A DNA stretch of 64,000 bases from Parasitella parasitica NRRL 2501 (GCA_025201805.1 MU619282.1:132726-196725); one strand, 5' to 3'; shown: positions 37,147 to 49,507, counted from the stretch's first letter. Numbers and translations: made by a program. Notes: generated by a model not told the origin, from the sequence alone.

Positions 37147-40100
37147 ATGTCTGATCTATCAAATGGTAATCTCTTATATTAAAATGATAGAAATCGTAAA
37201 AAACAGTCCTCAGCGCTTAAAATTGAATCGTAAAAAACAGTCCTCAGCGCTTAAAAATGAATCGTAAAAAACAGTCTCCAGCGCTTAAAGTTGAATCGTA
37301 AAAAACAGTCATATTTTTTCATTCAATGCCATCTTTCATGCACCAAGTGTTACAGTTAAAAGATGGCCATACTGCTCACTCAAGATTTGGAATTTTTCTT
37401 AACTGCAATGATTCATCTGTGTGTTCTTTGAGACCAAGATCTCTTGGAACAAGCCTTATTTATCTAGGATGAAGCATCGATGAACAGCCGTGATGTTCTC
37501 GAAACAGTAGACAGGACATTTAAAGATGTCATGAAGCAATATTTAAATAGACGAAAGACAGGCTGATTTTCCCTTTGGAGGAAAATTTATTGTATTTGTT
37601 GGCAATTTTGGTCAAATTTTACCTATGGTTCCTCATGGCAGTAAAGAAGAAATCATTCAAGCATGCATTCTGACCTCAAATCTTTGGCTGCATGTACAAG
37701 TACTCAGCTTAACAACAAGCATGAGAGATTAGCAAGCCATGTCATTACATAACGCTGCATTGGCCACCTCATTACAAAATTTTTGCTGATTTCTTGCTTG
37801 CTATTGGCAATGGCTCCTTCCCTATTCAGCCCAACACAGCTGACTTGATTCGTATTCCGTAATAAAATATGCTTCTGCCTGGCAATGTTATTTCTGTCCT
37901 TTGCCAACATGTATGTGTCTACAACAACTTTGCGCTCACTGCTGATACCACCCGCGACAACTTAATGTCGAAGGCTATCCTGACACCGACCAATGCTTTT
38001 GTTTCTAAATTAAATGACTTCATGCTTGAGAAGTTTCCCGGTGAATTCACTGAATTCCTGAGTACTGACACGGCGTTGAGTGAAGACGATGCTTTAGAGC
38101 AGCCATCAAAATTCATGAATTTTCTCAACTGTGGTAGTCTTCCACCTCACCAGCTCAAGTTGAAAATTGGCTCGCCAATCATGATGCTCAGAAACATCGA
38201 TCCTGCTCATGGTGTTTATAATGGTACAAGGCTTATTTGTCGAGCATCCACAAGGAACACTATCCAGGCTGAAGTTGCAACTGGAACTTATCAACGCAAT
38301 GTTGTGCTCATACCCAGAGTTACCTTTAAACTCGATAGTTGAGCAAGTCGTCGTAGAATTCAAGCGTTGTCAGTTCCCTGTCAGACCAGCTTTTGCCATG
38401 ACGATAAATAAATCGCAAGGTCAAACTCTGGACTTTGTAGGGCTGTATCTTCCTGTCTCAATTTTCTCGCATGGCCAATTATATGTCGCTCTATCTCGAG
38501 TTAAAAGGCCAGATGACATCTCAATTATCATCAACCCCAAGCCAAGAAGGAGTATATGTACATCAAACGTTGTCTATACTGAGATTTTTCAAAATTAACC
38601 AACTTCGAGGATTTAAACAAAAAATACCAAATAATCATAATATATCGTATCTTTATACAATACGTAAATGTTATTTCCACTCATTGTTTCTTATTTCGTT
38701 TGATTTAGCACTGTGTTAAGTGGGACAGCCCGCTGCAGGCGCGAGCTGTGTACCCCCCAATAAGAACGAAGGTCGAAAAATATCACCGAAGCGAAGCGAA
38801 GGTCGATTTTTTTCACCATAGTTCGGGGGGTGTTAAAAAGCTCGTAATATATTTAAAATAATAGAAATCATAAAAAACAGTCAAAATCGTTGCTAATTTT
38901 CAGTCACTTATACCCCAACTAATTTAAGAAATTGTGTGTGTGTCCCGAGATATTACAAGCACTTCGTGTAATAAAACAGAAGTGGTTCCAAAGCAATCTG
39001 TGTTTGCATCAGTCCAAAATGTACAAGAAGTTTACTTGGTAAGCCTTTGAAGTAAAACCAACTACGGATTACTTTGAGTACATTCTAAGAAGTCCCGATT
39101 ATTATCAACATTAGAAAGTAGCATGTTGTAGCAAACGATTAGAATTAGTATAAATACGATAGAATTATTCATTCAATAAAAAATTACTTTTCATGATATA
39201 CATAAATCATCCGAACCCACACTAAGAATATCACATAAACGGGTCATAGTCGTAGATCTCATAGGAATTGTCCACTCAATCCTGTCAACCTTGCTAATGC
39301 TGAAAATATTGCTGCCTCCACCAATGTTAACGACAATGTAGATTTACTTGCTCTCTTTTTCTTCAAAGTGCATTAATTTTAGTTTCTCTGTTAATAGGTC
39401 GATGCCATGGATGTCGACATGGAACCCGAATTGCCAAATGTTGAGGATTGTCAAAATACCCAGGTTCGATACGCAGCATGTGGCAACAGCTTGGACATTC
39501 ACGCAGGACAAACCGCCTTTGTCCATTGAATGCCACCAGACAAACGGAGCGTAGCTTTTTCAAACTTGCCATGCAGACTGCTCATCTTCCTGAGCGACAT
39601 GACTTAGTTCGAATGTCTGTTAGATACTTTTCTTGCAATGCATGAGAGAGGAGTTTCGACCGCCAAATTCCAATTATGCTGTGGTTCAGGCCGATATGTT
39701 CTTCCACCTTTATAAGCTTCTATACCACGAGTCATTGCTGATTTGGTCCAAAACAACAATCGTAGAAGCGTAGAGCTCAAGAAAAATGTGCGCTCTTATA
39801 ACAACGCACTTTGTTTCACCTCAAAGGGGAATAACTTGGATAGCAGTGTTCCAAATTCACGAAGTGGTGCTTGCGCATTCAGAATCCATGGAAGCATTTA
39901 CCATAAAATTGGGTCCTTACTTCCAACGGAAAATAGTTCGCCTGCATTTGCTCAGATCTATGTTTATGATGCCAGCAATGATACTAGCAATGATACCAGC
40001 AACAGACATTTAGTAGCCAGTCATGTAGATGCTCAGACTTTGGAGGAGCTACAACGCTTAATGTATCGAATCAATACAATCGCGCCAGAGACTAAAACTC

Positions 40101-42283
40101 AAAGAATTATATATGTCATATCTTTATACAATACATAAATGTTATTTCCACTCAATATGTTTTATTTCGTTTGATTTAGCATTGCATTATGTGGGACAGC
40201 CCGCTGCAGGCGCGAGCTGTGCACCCCCCAATTAGAACGAAGGTCGAAAAATATCACCGTAGCGAAGCGAAGGTTGATTTTTTTCACCGTAGTTCGGGGG
40301 GGGGGGTGTAAAATAGCTCGTTTTTTTTAAAAAAACTTAATCTTACTGCTATGATAATTAAAAAATACCCAACTCGTAGCAATAGACACTTATATATCTG
40401 ATCATAAGACTCCTTCTCTGGCAGCCTTTGTCTTGGACCACCAAAGTCTTGTTTCCACATATATTGGACAATTTGACAAAATTACAGACGCCAAGGCTAA
40501 TCTTGAGAGAAAAATGAGGACTGCATACTTTGCCAAGAATCCCAAGAGAAAACGAGGTCCAGGCTTAAAGGTGAATCTTGAAAAACTGTGGTCATCTTCT
40601 AAGCTAGATGATTCAGTCGAAATCGAAGGAAATAAAACTTTAGAGGCATCTATTAAGGCTAGTGGACGAAAGGCTAGAAAGCGACTAGAGGTATTTATTG
40701 AATAAGGCTCACTTACATCCGGTTTATGTTAATTTTTTCTTCTAATAGAATAAAAATGCGACAAAAGAGAAAGAGACAAAAGAGAATGAAAGTGAACAAT
40801 CCAGTGAAGTAGAAAGCTCTTGTATGAGTGATGAAGAAGAGGAAACAGTGGATGAAATTGCATATAAACTTAATAATGAAGATGCCACTGAATTCGAGCA
40901 AGCCTTACTTTCTAATACTGACTCACCACATATACTGAAGAATGGTCACGACTTTAGCAATAGCTTCAAGAGATTTCAATTAAAATCATATCAGGAAGCA
41001 AGGTCTTCTGGTTTATTTATTAACGCCAATGTTCATGAAATATTGTAAGTAGGCTTTATATGCATCATTCATTAGTACAGATTCTGAATGGCACCAATTT
41101 AGATCTTTATATCACACAGTATTGTTGCGAAAAGACCAGCATGACCAAGCAATGTCAAATGTAATTGGACTCGACAATATTCAAGAATTTCACACGGAAC
41201 TCTTAAATAAATATGTTAACCAAGATATAAAGATGGAAAAGAATCTATTCAATGAACTAACCGACATCTTCAGAGTGAGTATCTAATAACGACATCTGAC
41301 TTACTTTGACAGCTTACATCCTTTTTTTTTAGAGCGTAAATGAAAAATCTGATCGTAAAGCACTTAAAGTAAAATTACATAATTTATACGAAGCTGCCGA
41401 CCCATTGGATTCCAAGATAATTGATATATTGATTAACCTGTAAGTACAACATACATGACCCAATAAAATATTTCTGTTTGGAGGTCTAACATGTAATACA
41501 TAGTATAAACAAGTTACCTGGCAATATTCTCATAAATGAAGTGGTTAAAGAATTCGAATTAATAACTAATTATCTTGATACGGTCCTCAGTCCTATATTT
41601 CATGATCCCCAAAAGAAACTGATGTACAGATGGTAGGTGCAAACGCAAAGATCGTGTGATCATCATGCCAAAAAATATATACGCTAACAGCTTTTCTGTA
41701 ACTAGGCTAAATAAAGCAACGGAGTCTTCGGGCGATAGATATCCTGATGGTGGCAGTTGCATTGTCAGTCAAAGACAAATTTCTTGTTCTACTGGCTTCT
41801 GTGAAGTGAAAGCAGATTATATGAAAAACAATACTGTTGGTACACATCTAGATTTACTCAGATTATGCATATTCGGCAAGGATACTATTGACAATGAAGA
41901 TGTGGAGAATGTTGTCTTATTGCAAGCAGTTGGTAAATTTAGTATTTGTTACTTGCTATTGCAAAATATATTTACATATAGATTTTCATGATATAGGACA
42001 CCGTGTGATTGTATATCTGTACCAACAACATGATGGTGGTTTTTATTCTGCCTTTGAAGTTGATAGTATTGAAGTTCCCAAATCGATCCTTGAGTTACCT
42101 GGTTTCATAATGAAATTGGATGATATTAAACGCTTGATCAACCTCTATGAGCTCTTCTGTGCTACGAAGAAGGACAGGTCAAATTTTTTCAAGCGCAAAA
42201 TACCCTCACCAAACATTTATGAAATGAACACAATCATCAATACCCGCAAACCTAAGAAGGTAAAGACTTCTCTTGAATTTTAA
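37147..42283 (+). CDS. PD-(D/E)xK restriction-endonuclease-fold protein (Crinkler REase-like), 8 exons, Helitrons in intron 1
   Basis: Exons at about 37147-37165, 40380-40690, 40749-41044, 41103-41274, 41333-41439, 41504-41632, 41706-41932 and 41996-42283 splice in frame. Motifs EFELITNYLDTVLSPIF, RWLN, YPDG, GFCEVK, DLLRL, QAVG. Confidence 0.65.
37170..38844 (+). mobile_element. Non-autonomous Helitron with degenerate PIF1-helicase C-terminal half
   Basis: A|TCTCTTATATTAAAA 5' end. DEASM, AILTPTN, LPPHQLKLKIG, MLRNID, NGTRL, FAMTINKSQGQTL and FSHGQLYVALSR motifs with stops. 3' hairpins then CTCG. Confidence 0.88.
37192..37310 (+). repeat. 34-bp tandem repeat (3.5 copies) at the Helitron 5' end
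   Basis: AATCGTAAAAAACAGTC starts at 37192, 37226, 37260 and 37294. Confidence 0.95.
38845..40320 (+). mobile_element. Non-autonomous Helitron with degenerate N-terminal Rep region, head-to-tail with the previous copy
   Basis: 5' TATTTAAAATAATAGAAATCATAAAAAACAGTC resembles the 37170 end. NVRSYNNALCFTS, FRIHGSIYHKIGSLLP and FAQIYVYD motifs. The last about 205 bp are homologous to 38640-38844. Confidence 0.85.
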
Positions 42284-42716
42284 TTACCCTTCTTCTTTCT
42301 TCCATCACTTTTTACCCTATGTACACAAACACATACGTTTGTACAAGCAGCCAGAATATTATGTACTCCTTAAAAAACGCTTCTTTTTTTTTGCAAATTT
42401 AATTTGTAAAATAAAAAAGTTTACCGTATCACCAATGTTTTTGTTGACTGTCAGCGATCTTTTTCTATTCTATTTATGCCCTATTGAGTTTTGACACTTA
42501 AAAATTGTGGTCTGATCGGTGTGGGATAAATGAAATTGTCTAATAAAGTTAAAATTAAGTAAAGAAAAAAAAGTCGTCTTAGCCCATATATCTCAATGAC
42601 TTTATCTCAATGACTTTGAAATAGTCTCACGTTAGTTCAATCTCGTCTTAGTGTTGCATTAGTTTTTCTCAACCCTTCTGGGGAAACGTATGACAATTTT
42701 TTAAATTGTCTTTGTA

Positions 42717-44678
42717 AATTCTCTATTTCGCCCCAGTTTAATTCAAAGATCATCTCGCCAAAAAAAAAAACTGCCGTCCCCACAGTGCAATGATGACTTG
42801 TTATCTTTGGGTTAGGTTCCCATTCACTAATGGCCTAACAATTATACTCTCTTCTGAAACGTTTGTATTGGAGTGATCTACGAAACAGATTTAGTTCCAC
42901 CAAGCATTATATTTTTTAAACACAAAATACTGTAGACCAAATGAATCTCTAAAAAGTGTCCATATCAAGTAGTTAAATTTGGGGCTAGAGTTAATCATAT
43001 ATGTTTGCCGTTTTAAAAATAATTGTTTATTTAATGTATATGTATATATTAGAATGGTGTTTTTTTATAACATTTAATAATCTGACGTTTTGAGTGATTA
43101 CAGAAACCATAGAGGTCGCTGATAAGGACATCATTGCAGGCATCAGCAATTCGATCAGATAAATTTTCTTCAGCCAATAATCGATCACGCTTCATTTTGC
43201 CTTTGACTACTCCCCAGAACTGTTCAATAGGATTCAATTCAGGTGAGTACGGAGGTAAGTACATCACTTTATAACCTCTACGTTCGATTTTTCGTATCAT
43301 TGGCTTGGATTTATGAAATGAGGCGTTATCCATTACAATATAATTTCCCTTCAAATTTTCATCAAGGTCCATTATATCAAGAAGCGCATTCATGAATTTA
43401 ACGAAATGCGCAGTAGTCGTGCCTTTTGCTACTGGTTTATTATCAGTAGGATCTTCAAACTCTGGATCCTCTAAATCAACTTCAGCTACAATTCTTTTTG
43501 TTCCACTATTAGCTTTTCTCTTTTTACTAATAGATTGCTTTTCTTTTCTTGGTGGAGGTTTTTTCATCACAACATGAACAACACTAGATGAATGGATAGC
43601 ACCAATAATAGTATGTGTTATCGCTCTAGTTTTTGGTCGTTTTACTATAGCAGGGCTACCCTTTTTTGATCTTGCCCAATTATTTCTCATGTTAATGTGA
43701 AATCCGGCTTCATCAATGAAAACACAATTCTTTGTAAAATCAAGATTAGAGTCCTTCCATTTCATAAACCACTCAAATCTTGTCTCCATGTTTTCTGGTG
43801 AATTTCTTATTTCAGGCTCAAACAATGGTTTCTTGATAGTGATAAGCATTGTATTACGTAAATGATTATTTAGTTGCGACTTTGAGATGGTGAAGCCTTC
43901 AAATTGTTCAGTCAAGCTTTTCATAATATCATCCGAAAATAGTTGAGGATCATTATCCAATAGACCCTGTAGATACTCGTTATGTTTAGCAGTGAACGAG
44001 CTTTTAGGGCCACTGTTTTCTTCGGATTTCTTATATGGAATCTCCTCTGTTTCTTTATAGCTATTCCACCATCTTAACGCAGTGCGATAATTGATATTTA
44101 GGTCATTTGCAACCTTAGTCACCAACCCACGTTCTTCAGGCTTTTCAATCATACGATCTATAAACGTCTCTCTGGTAAAGTCGCTATAGTTTTTGTATGG
44201 TCTATCCAAATCTGGTACTTTAGTCTTCAGTTGCTTTTTAGAAGGAGACTCTTCAACAGTTTTCTCCAGGCGTTTAACACTTAAATAGGTTTTCTGGCTA
44301 GTAATTGTTTCAAGAATTACATTCGGATCATCAATTTGTGTAAGAACATCCTCCATCGGATCGTAACGATTTCTCCTTGCTCATTATAAATGTTGTCTTG
44401 TCCATCTTCATAAAAAAATGTGCTCATTGTTAGAAAATGTTTTTAGTAGAAAAAAAAATAACAAAATTCAGTAACGAAGAAAAGGGACAATATTGTAACT
44501 TAACCGCCTAATTTAATTACTTGGCATGGACAAATATTCTTGGCCAAAATTACAAAAAGAATTGAGCATGTGACATTTATTTTTCAATTTCCGCCAATTA
44601 TTTTTGCCTTTCGGTTAATCATTTTTATGAAAGTGACAATTATTTTTGTGAAAACGCCAATTTCCATAGGTTTGACTG
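42717..44678 (-). repeat. Right arm of 1,962-bp inverted repeat
   Basis: Reverse complement of 33914-35875. Confidence 0.95.
43049..44356 (-). CDS. Tc1/mariner (IS630-like) DD34E transposase, same protein as 34236-35543
   Basis: Same 435-aa translation in the ORF track. Confidence 0.95.
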   Translation of the reverse strand: MEDVLTQIDDPNVILETITSQKTYLSVKRLEKTVEESPSKKQLKTKVPDLDRPYKNYSDFTRETFIDRMIEKPEERGLVTKVANDLNINYRTALRWWNSYKETEEIPYKKSEENSGPKSSFTAKHNEYLQGLLDNDPQLFSDDIMKSLTEQFEGFTISKSQLNNHLRNTMLITIKKPLFEPEIRNSPENMETRFEWFMKWKDSNLDFTKNCVFIDEAGFHINMRNNWARSKKGSPAIVKRPKTRAITHTIIGAIHSSSVVHVVMKKPPPRKEKQSISKKRKANSGTKRIVAEVDLEDPEFEDPTDNKPVAKGTTTAHFVKFMNALLDIMDLDENLKGNYIVMDNASFHKSKPMIRKIERRGYKVMYLPPYSPELNPIEQFWGVVKGKMKRDRLLAEENLSDRIADACNDVLISDLYGFCNHSKRQIIKCYKKTPF

Positions 44679-44680
44679 TA

Positions 44681-45560
44681 CCTGGCAATAAAAAGAGAAA
44701 GGTTTGTTTAGTTTATAACTTTGACCTATCCTAACTATTAAATATCATTACATGTTATTTTAAAGATCTCAAATATCAACCAGGATGGATGTTGGACGAT
44801 TAATAGCGATGAAGAATTCTGGGATAGCTGGAGAGAATATCTTGAAGGTTGTGATTGCCACGAGTTTTGGTAAGCCTATAGAACATTGGAGGATAAGCCT
44901 TATCCATAATTCATTTGTTTTCTAATTTAGCCTGGAGAAAGATCACGTAATTGAATGTGGTTACACCATCAAGTGCAAGCCAAGCTATGACCAAGACCTT
45001 TATCACCAACTTGGTGATTATACAACACAATTAGTAAAGTCACCATTCATGACTCATAGCAGCTACCCCTCTCAAGTAATCAAAGCTTTCATGAGGTAGA
45101 TATTAGGCGTCAACTATTTCTATTCCCATTCTAAAGCTATTTTTATCAAGGGAAAGGAAAGAGCCATTTTAAAAGCTTTATCGTGTGATGCACATTGGGA
45201 GTTGATTGAGGGATCTAATCCAACTGCAAAATATGCTTATGACTATTTTCAGTTTATGTAATTATTGAATCTATTTTGATAAGATGAAATATTGTGCATT
45301 TTTTCTATAGGTATACGTATCAAATCAGTAACAATTCCCGTAATCGAGTTTTGCCCTGGTGAATTATTACTGGCTTCGGCAGATGAAGATTACAAAGCTG
45401 ATGGCCTTATAAAGTTCGATGGCATGGAGATGTGTCTTTTAGAGACATCAGGAAAGTATGACCTCGTTGACTCGCCGAGGTTTGGTTTCGACAACATTAA
45501 AGGTTCGTTTGGTTGTCTTATGTTTCTACGTAATTTGTTGAAGATTTGGTATTTCGCCAA
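44681..45560 (+). pseudogene. Intron-rich REase-fold (Crinkler-like) gene remnant; its 5' part probably lies at about 33660-33913
   Basis: EEFWDSWREYL...HVIECG and YKADGLIKFDGMEMCLLETSG...RFGFDNIKGSFG (D...ExS-type motif). Cut off by Helitron sequence near 45565. Confidence 0.55.
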
Positions 45561-45564
45561 ATTA

Positions 45565-47408
45565 AGTACTGAATGGTCTGCAGCTATGACTGAGGCGTCT
45601 TTGTCGCAAACTCCAGCTTCTTTGAGAAAACTATTCTGCATTTAGTGGTGTAATTATGGTTGGATCATAAAGAAAATATGGCTGAAGATTACCTCTTTGC
45701 GTATCAACGAGAACCAAGAAATGCGCATGAGCTTCGTTTCGAAATTTCTACTGAAATGTATGAGCACTGTCTCCCGGGCTTAAATGATATCTTGGCAGAC
45801 CATTGTTATGATTTGAAGTCAATGGAAGGGTTCAGCAGCGTATTTCCCAATACTGATACCCGAACCGATAGAAGCACAAACCACTCCAACACTTATGAGA
45901 GAATGCATAGTCTGCTGTATGCTGAATCATTAGATGCATCTGACCCTGATCTTTTGCCTTTCAATGAAAGCCAAGCTTTAGTTTATGATGCTATCAAAGC
46001 ATCTGCTTTTCTCATAATTCCCCAAGGATCCCGCATTTTCTTCGTTGATGGACCAGGTGGTACGGGCAAGACATTTGCATTTAATGCACTCCTTGATCGT
46101 GTCAGACGAGAAGGTGATATTGCAATTGCTGTGGCATCGAGCGGAACTGCTGCATTGTTGCTCAAAGGTAGACGTATTGCTCACTCTACCTTCAAGATGC
46201 CTTTAGAGGTAGCTAGCACTAGCATGTGCGACATTTCTCCCCGCTCTGACAAAGCCTCATTTATCCAAAGAGCAAAAATTATTGTTTAGGATGAATGCTC
46301 AATGATTAGCAAGGACTTGATAGCAACAGTTGATCGCTCATTTCGTGATATAATGAACATCGATCTCCGTTTTGGTGGCCTTTTCATGGTTTTCGGTAGA
46401 GATTTTTGTCAGATTTTGCCAATAATCCCTGGAGCCAGCAGGTCGGTTATTGTTGGGCAGTGCTTGAACAAAGCCAGCTTTTGGCCATTGGCGTTCTCAA
46501 GGCAATTGCGTACAAACATGAAAGTTCAGCAGGCTCTTCAAACTGACAATCCAGGCCTTGCTAACGAGCTTCAACAATTTGCTGATTATCTACCTCAGGT
46601 TGCGTCAAGGTACTGTTCCTACAATTACTCTGCCCAGAGACATACCTTCAGATTTTATCCAAATTCCTTGAGGAGATGCTCATATCTGGAGATAATTTGA
46701 TTAATTTGAGAAGAAGCATTTTCTTTGATATTGCCACTGCGGCTAACAGTCTTGATTACTTTGCTGGGAGGGCTATCTTGACTGCAAAAAACAGAGATGT
46801 CAAGGTGATAAACGATATACTCTTGGAGTGCATTGAAAAGGCGCAAAATGTCGTACGTCAGTAGTGATCAAGCCTGCGAAGATGAATCTCAATTGACAAT
46901 GCCGGTTGAGATGCTTAACACCATCGAAAATGGGTCTTTGCCTCCTCATATTCTTGATTTGAAAATTGGTGCTCCAATTATGGCAATCAGAAATATTGAT
47001 CCTGCGGCTGGCATCTGTAATGGTACGAGATTAATCGTCAACTTACTGATGACGAATATCATCGAAGTAATCATTGCTACCGGGCCCAATGCTGGTAACA
47101 TTGTTGTTATCTCCAAAATCAAATTCATCTCTCTTGTCACTGAAGACTTCTCACCTTTTAATTTTCAACAAATTGAGTTTCCTGTAAGACTGACCATCAA
47201 CAAGTCGCAAGGCCAAACGCTGAATTTTTTCGGTTTGTACCTAAAAAGCCATTCATTTGGTCATGGCCAACTGTATGTCGCTTTATCACATTTGCGGACG
47301 CCAACCTCTGTCGAAATAATGATCTCTGATGATATATCCAAAATAGACAATTACACTGGGTCATATACTCACAACATCGTTTATAAAAAAGTTTACAATG
47401 CTGCATAA
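45565..47408 (+). mobile_element. Helitron PIF1-type helicase pseudogene
   Basis: LRKLF, FFVDGPGGTGKTF (Walker A), AVASSGTAALLL, AHSTFK, DECSM, DFCQILP, NGTRL, TINKSQGQTL and GHGQLYVALS, with stops and frameshifts. Termini not seen. Confidence 0.92.
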
Positions 47409-47659
47409 GAACTAATACTGTGCTTCCACTCCCACTTTCCCACTTTTGTGAAAATGCCGCCCACTTTTTTGACATTTGTGTGAGGCCAAATTGCCCAGAA
47501 AAATGAGACTAATTTGGTAATATTGAAGGTTGCTACTGGAATGCAAAACACTATCAAAGAAAATCGTCGAATTTGAATGAAAAAACTGGATATGAGCTTG
47601 TTAGTGTCATGTAAATTTATATCGTTTTAAAAACCCCTACTTGAATGATTGACAAAATA

Positions 47660-48513
47660 TGTATTAGTCTCGATAAAATGATCAAACACAGTTCTATATT
47701 TACCGTCTCGAAGCCCATTCCATCAGAGGCAGACATCATAATCAAAATATGGGCAGATCTATTTGAGGTTCTTTTCTTTAATACTGGAATCCATATTCGA
47801 TGGTAAGTTTTACATAAAGTTTATTTCTATGAATAAAATTGACTTACATTATTAGGAATAGGGGGGAGAAAGGTTTAACCAGTGATGATGCTGATCACGT
47901 ATTTTTGAAGTTGGACGCAAAACTTGTCTTAGTATATGATGATACAGAATATCCAGTTTCTTGTGTTGAATTTGCTCCATATTCTGGTCAAAAAAAAAAT
48001 CAAAATGGACAGGAGTAAATTATTAGTTGAAGCCAAAACAATTTACAACCAAGTAATGGGTGTGGACATTAGTGAGGAAAACAAGGATTTGTTGAGAATC
48101 ACCAACATCCAAATTATGGGTAAAATTGGAATCTATTCCTCACTCTATTACATGACTAAATCATTAACATGTCATTATTTCAGGTCTAGAAGCAGATGTT
48201 CTGTCTCTAAACACTGCTGGTGATCACTTATACATTGCTAGTTCGATTGAATCATATATACTACCATCAACCGCTTCCCAATTTAAAACACGAAGCAAGC
48301 CTATCATTGGCAGCCTATTTGATTTTAAGGTTGAAAAAAGAAAAGAAACGAAAATAGTAACCTAATACTAATATATTTAACTTTTAGCATTATACCTTGA
48401 ATACTGCAGATACTATAAAACAGGGACTCAATGATAAAAAAAATAAGAAACAAAAGCATGAAAAAAGTCGTAGTCTCTTTCAATCTTCTTTAAAATCAGA
48501 AGAAGCGTTTTGA
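47660..48513 (+). pseudogene. Second intron-rich REase-fold gene remnant
   Basis: Spliced fragments SEADIIIKIWADLFEVLF...IRW|GEK...KLDAKL...SCVEFA, then a frameshift in a poly-A run, DRSKLLVEAK...NIQIMGL. Confidence 0.5.
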
Positions 48514-49507
48514 CAACCTTGTTAGACTCCATTAGGCTATTGACAGCTGTACTATTCTGTGCACTACTTTAAAAAGAATTGCTACTGTTATCAATGGATT
48601 CTTCAAACCCACTACTAGTTAAGGATGGCAGTGTTCGTGACATCTAAAATTGGTTTGTTCGGCTTAATGGAATTGTTGTCACTACTTGATTCTCTCTTTT
48701 TACTTTTTTTTTTGACATAATACTTGATTAATCAGGATAATTAAAATGATAAAAAGGTAAAGAAGACAAAGTTTGATCCTCGAAAATCAATCTGGGCTAT
48801 TTAAAAGGGCATCCCCCTGAAAAAACTATCACAAGTAGCTGGTCGAATCGTGCACAAATTAGATTTATTTCAGCAACCAAAAAGCTGGGTTCACTGGTCT
48901 GAACTTGCGAAGCGTATTTCAGATACCAGCAGTGGGCCCCCAAAACCACCAAGAAGATCTCCATGGTAATTAAAACTCAGAACTGCTGGTTTTTGCGTTT
49001 TTGAACGAAAGTTACAACTTTAGGAAACCATAGTTAGTTTGATTCAGAACATAAATAAATATTGCTGCATTCATTAAGATTTCATGCTTCTTGGTTATCG
49101 AATGATGGTCTTTACAAATGTATAACATGCGTTACCAGCCCACGCTCCGATTTTGAAAAGTAATTTTCGTGATGGCAAGGAAGAAGGTTGTCTAGGACCT
49201 TCTATCAGTTCGAAAGCTACTAAAATTTAGATGAACTCGTTCTAATGTAGTATCAAAAGATAGGTAAAACACTGGAGAGTCTACTGATGCCATTTTCGCA
49301 TCATTTGAAATTAATTTAGTTTATTTTTATATCTTCTTTTGATGTCTGATGCGTATGGAATAATGCAAAAGTTAATGGTAATATTTGTTTATTATTTTAT
49401 ACAGCAGAGTGTCATTTTAACAAAAAGCATAAATCAATTTGACAGATATTACTTCATCTGTATCACACGATAGCTTAATAGAGTCAAGTGATTATGTAGC
49501 CTTTTCA

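Larger units (their letters stand above)
33914..44678. mobile_element. Composite Tc1/mariner element with 1,962-bp transposase-containing inverted arms and cargo
   Basis: TA|CAGTCAAACCTATGG at 33912-33928 and CCATAGGTTTGACTG|TA ending 44680. The arms 33914-35875 and 42717-44678 are colinear in inverted orientation. Confidence 0.8.

Noticed and set aside
37192-37310. 34-bp repeats as a CRISPR array
   Set aside because: Units are contiguous, the would-be spacers are near-identical, there are no cas genes, and the context is a eukaryotic Helitron end.
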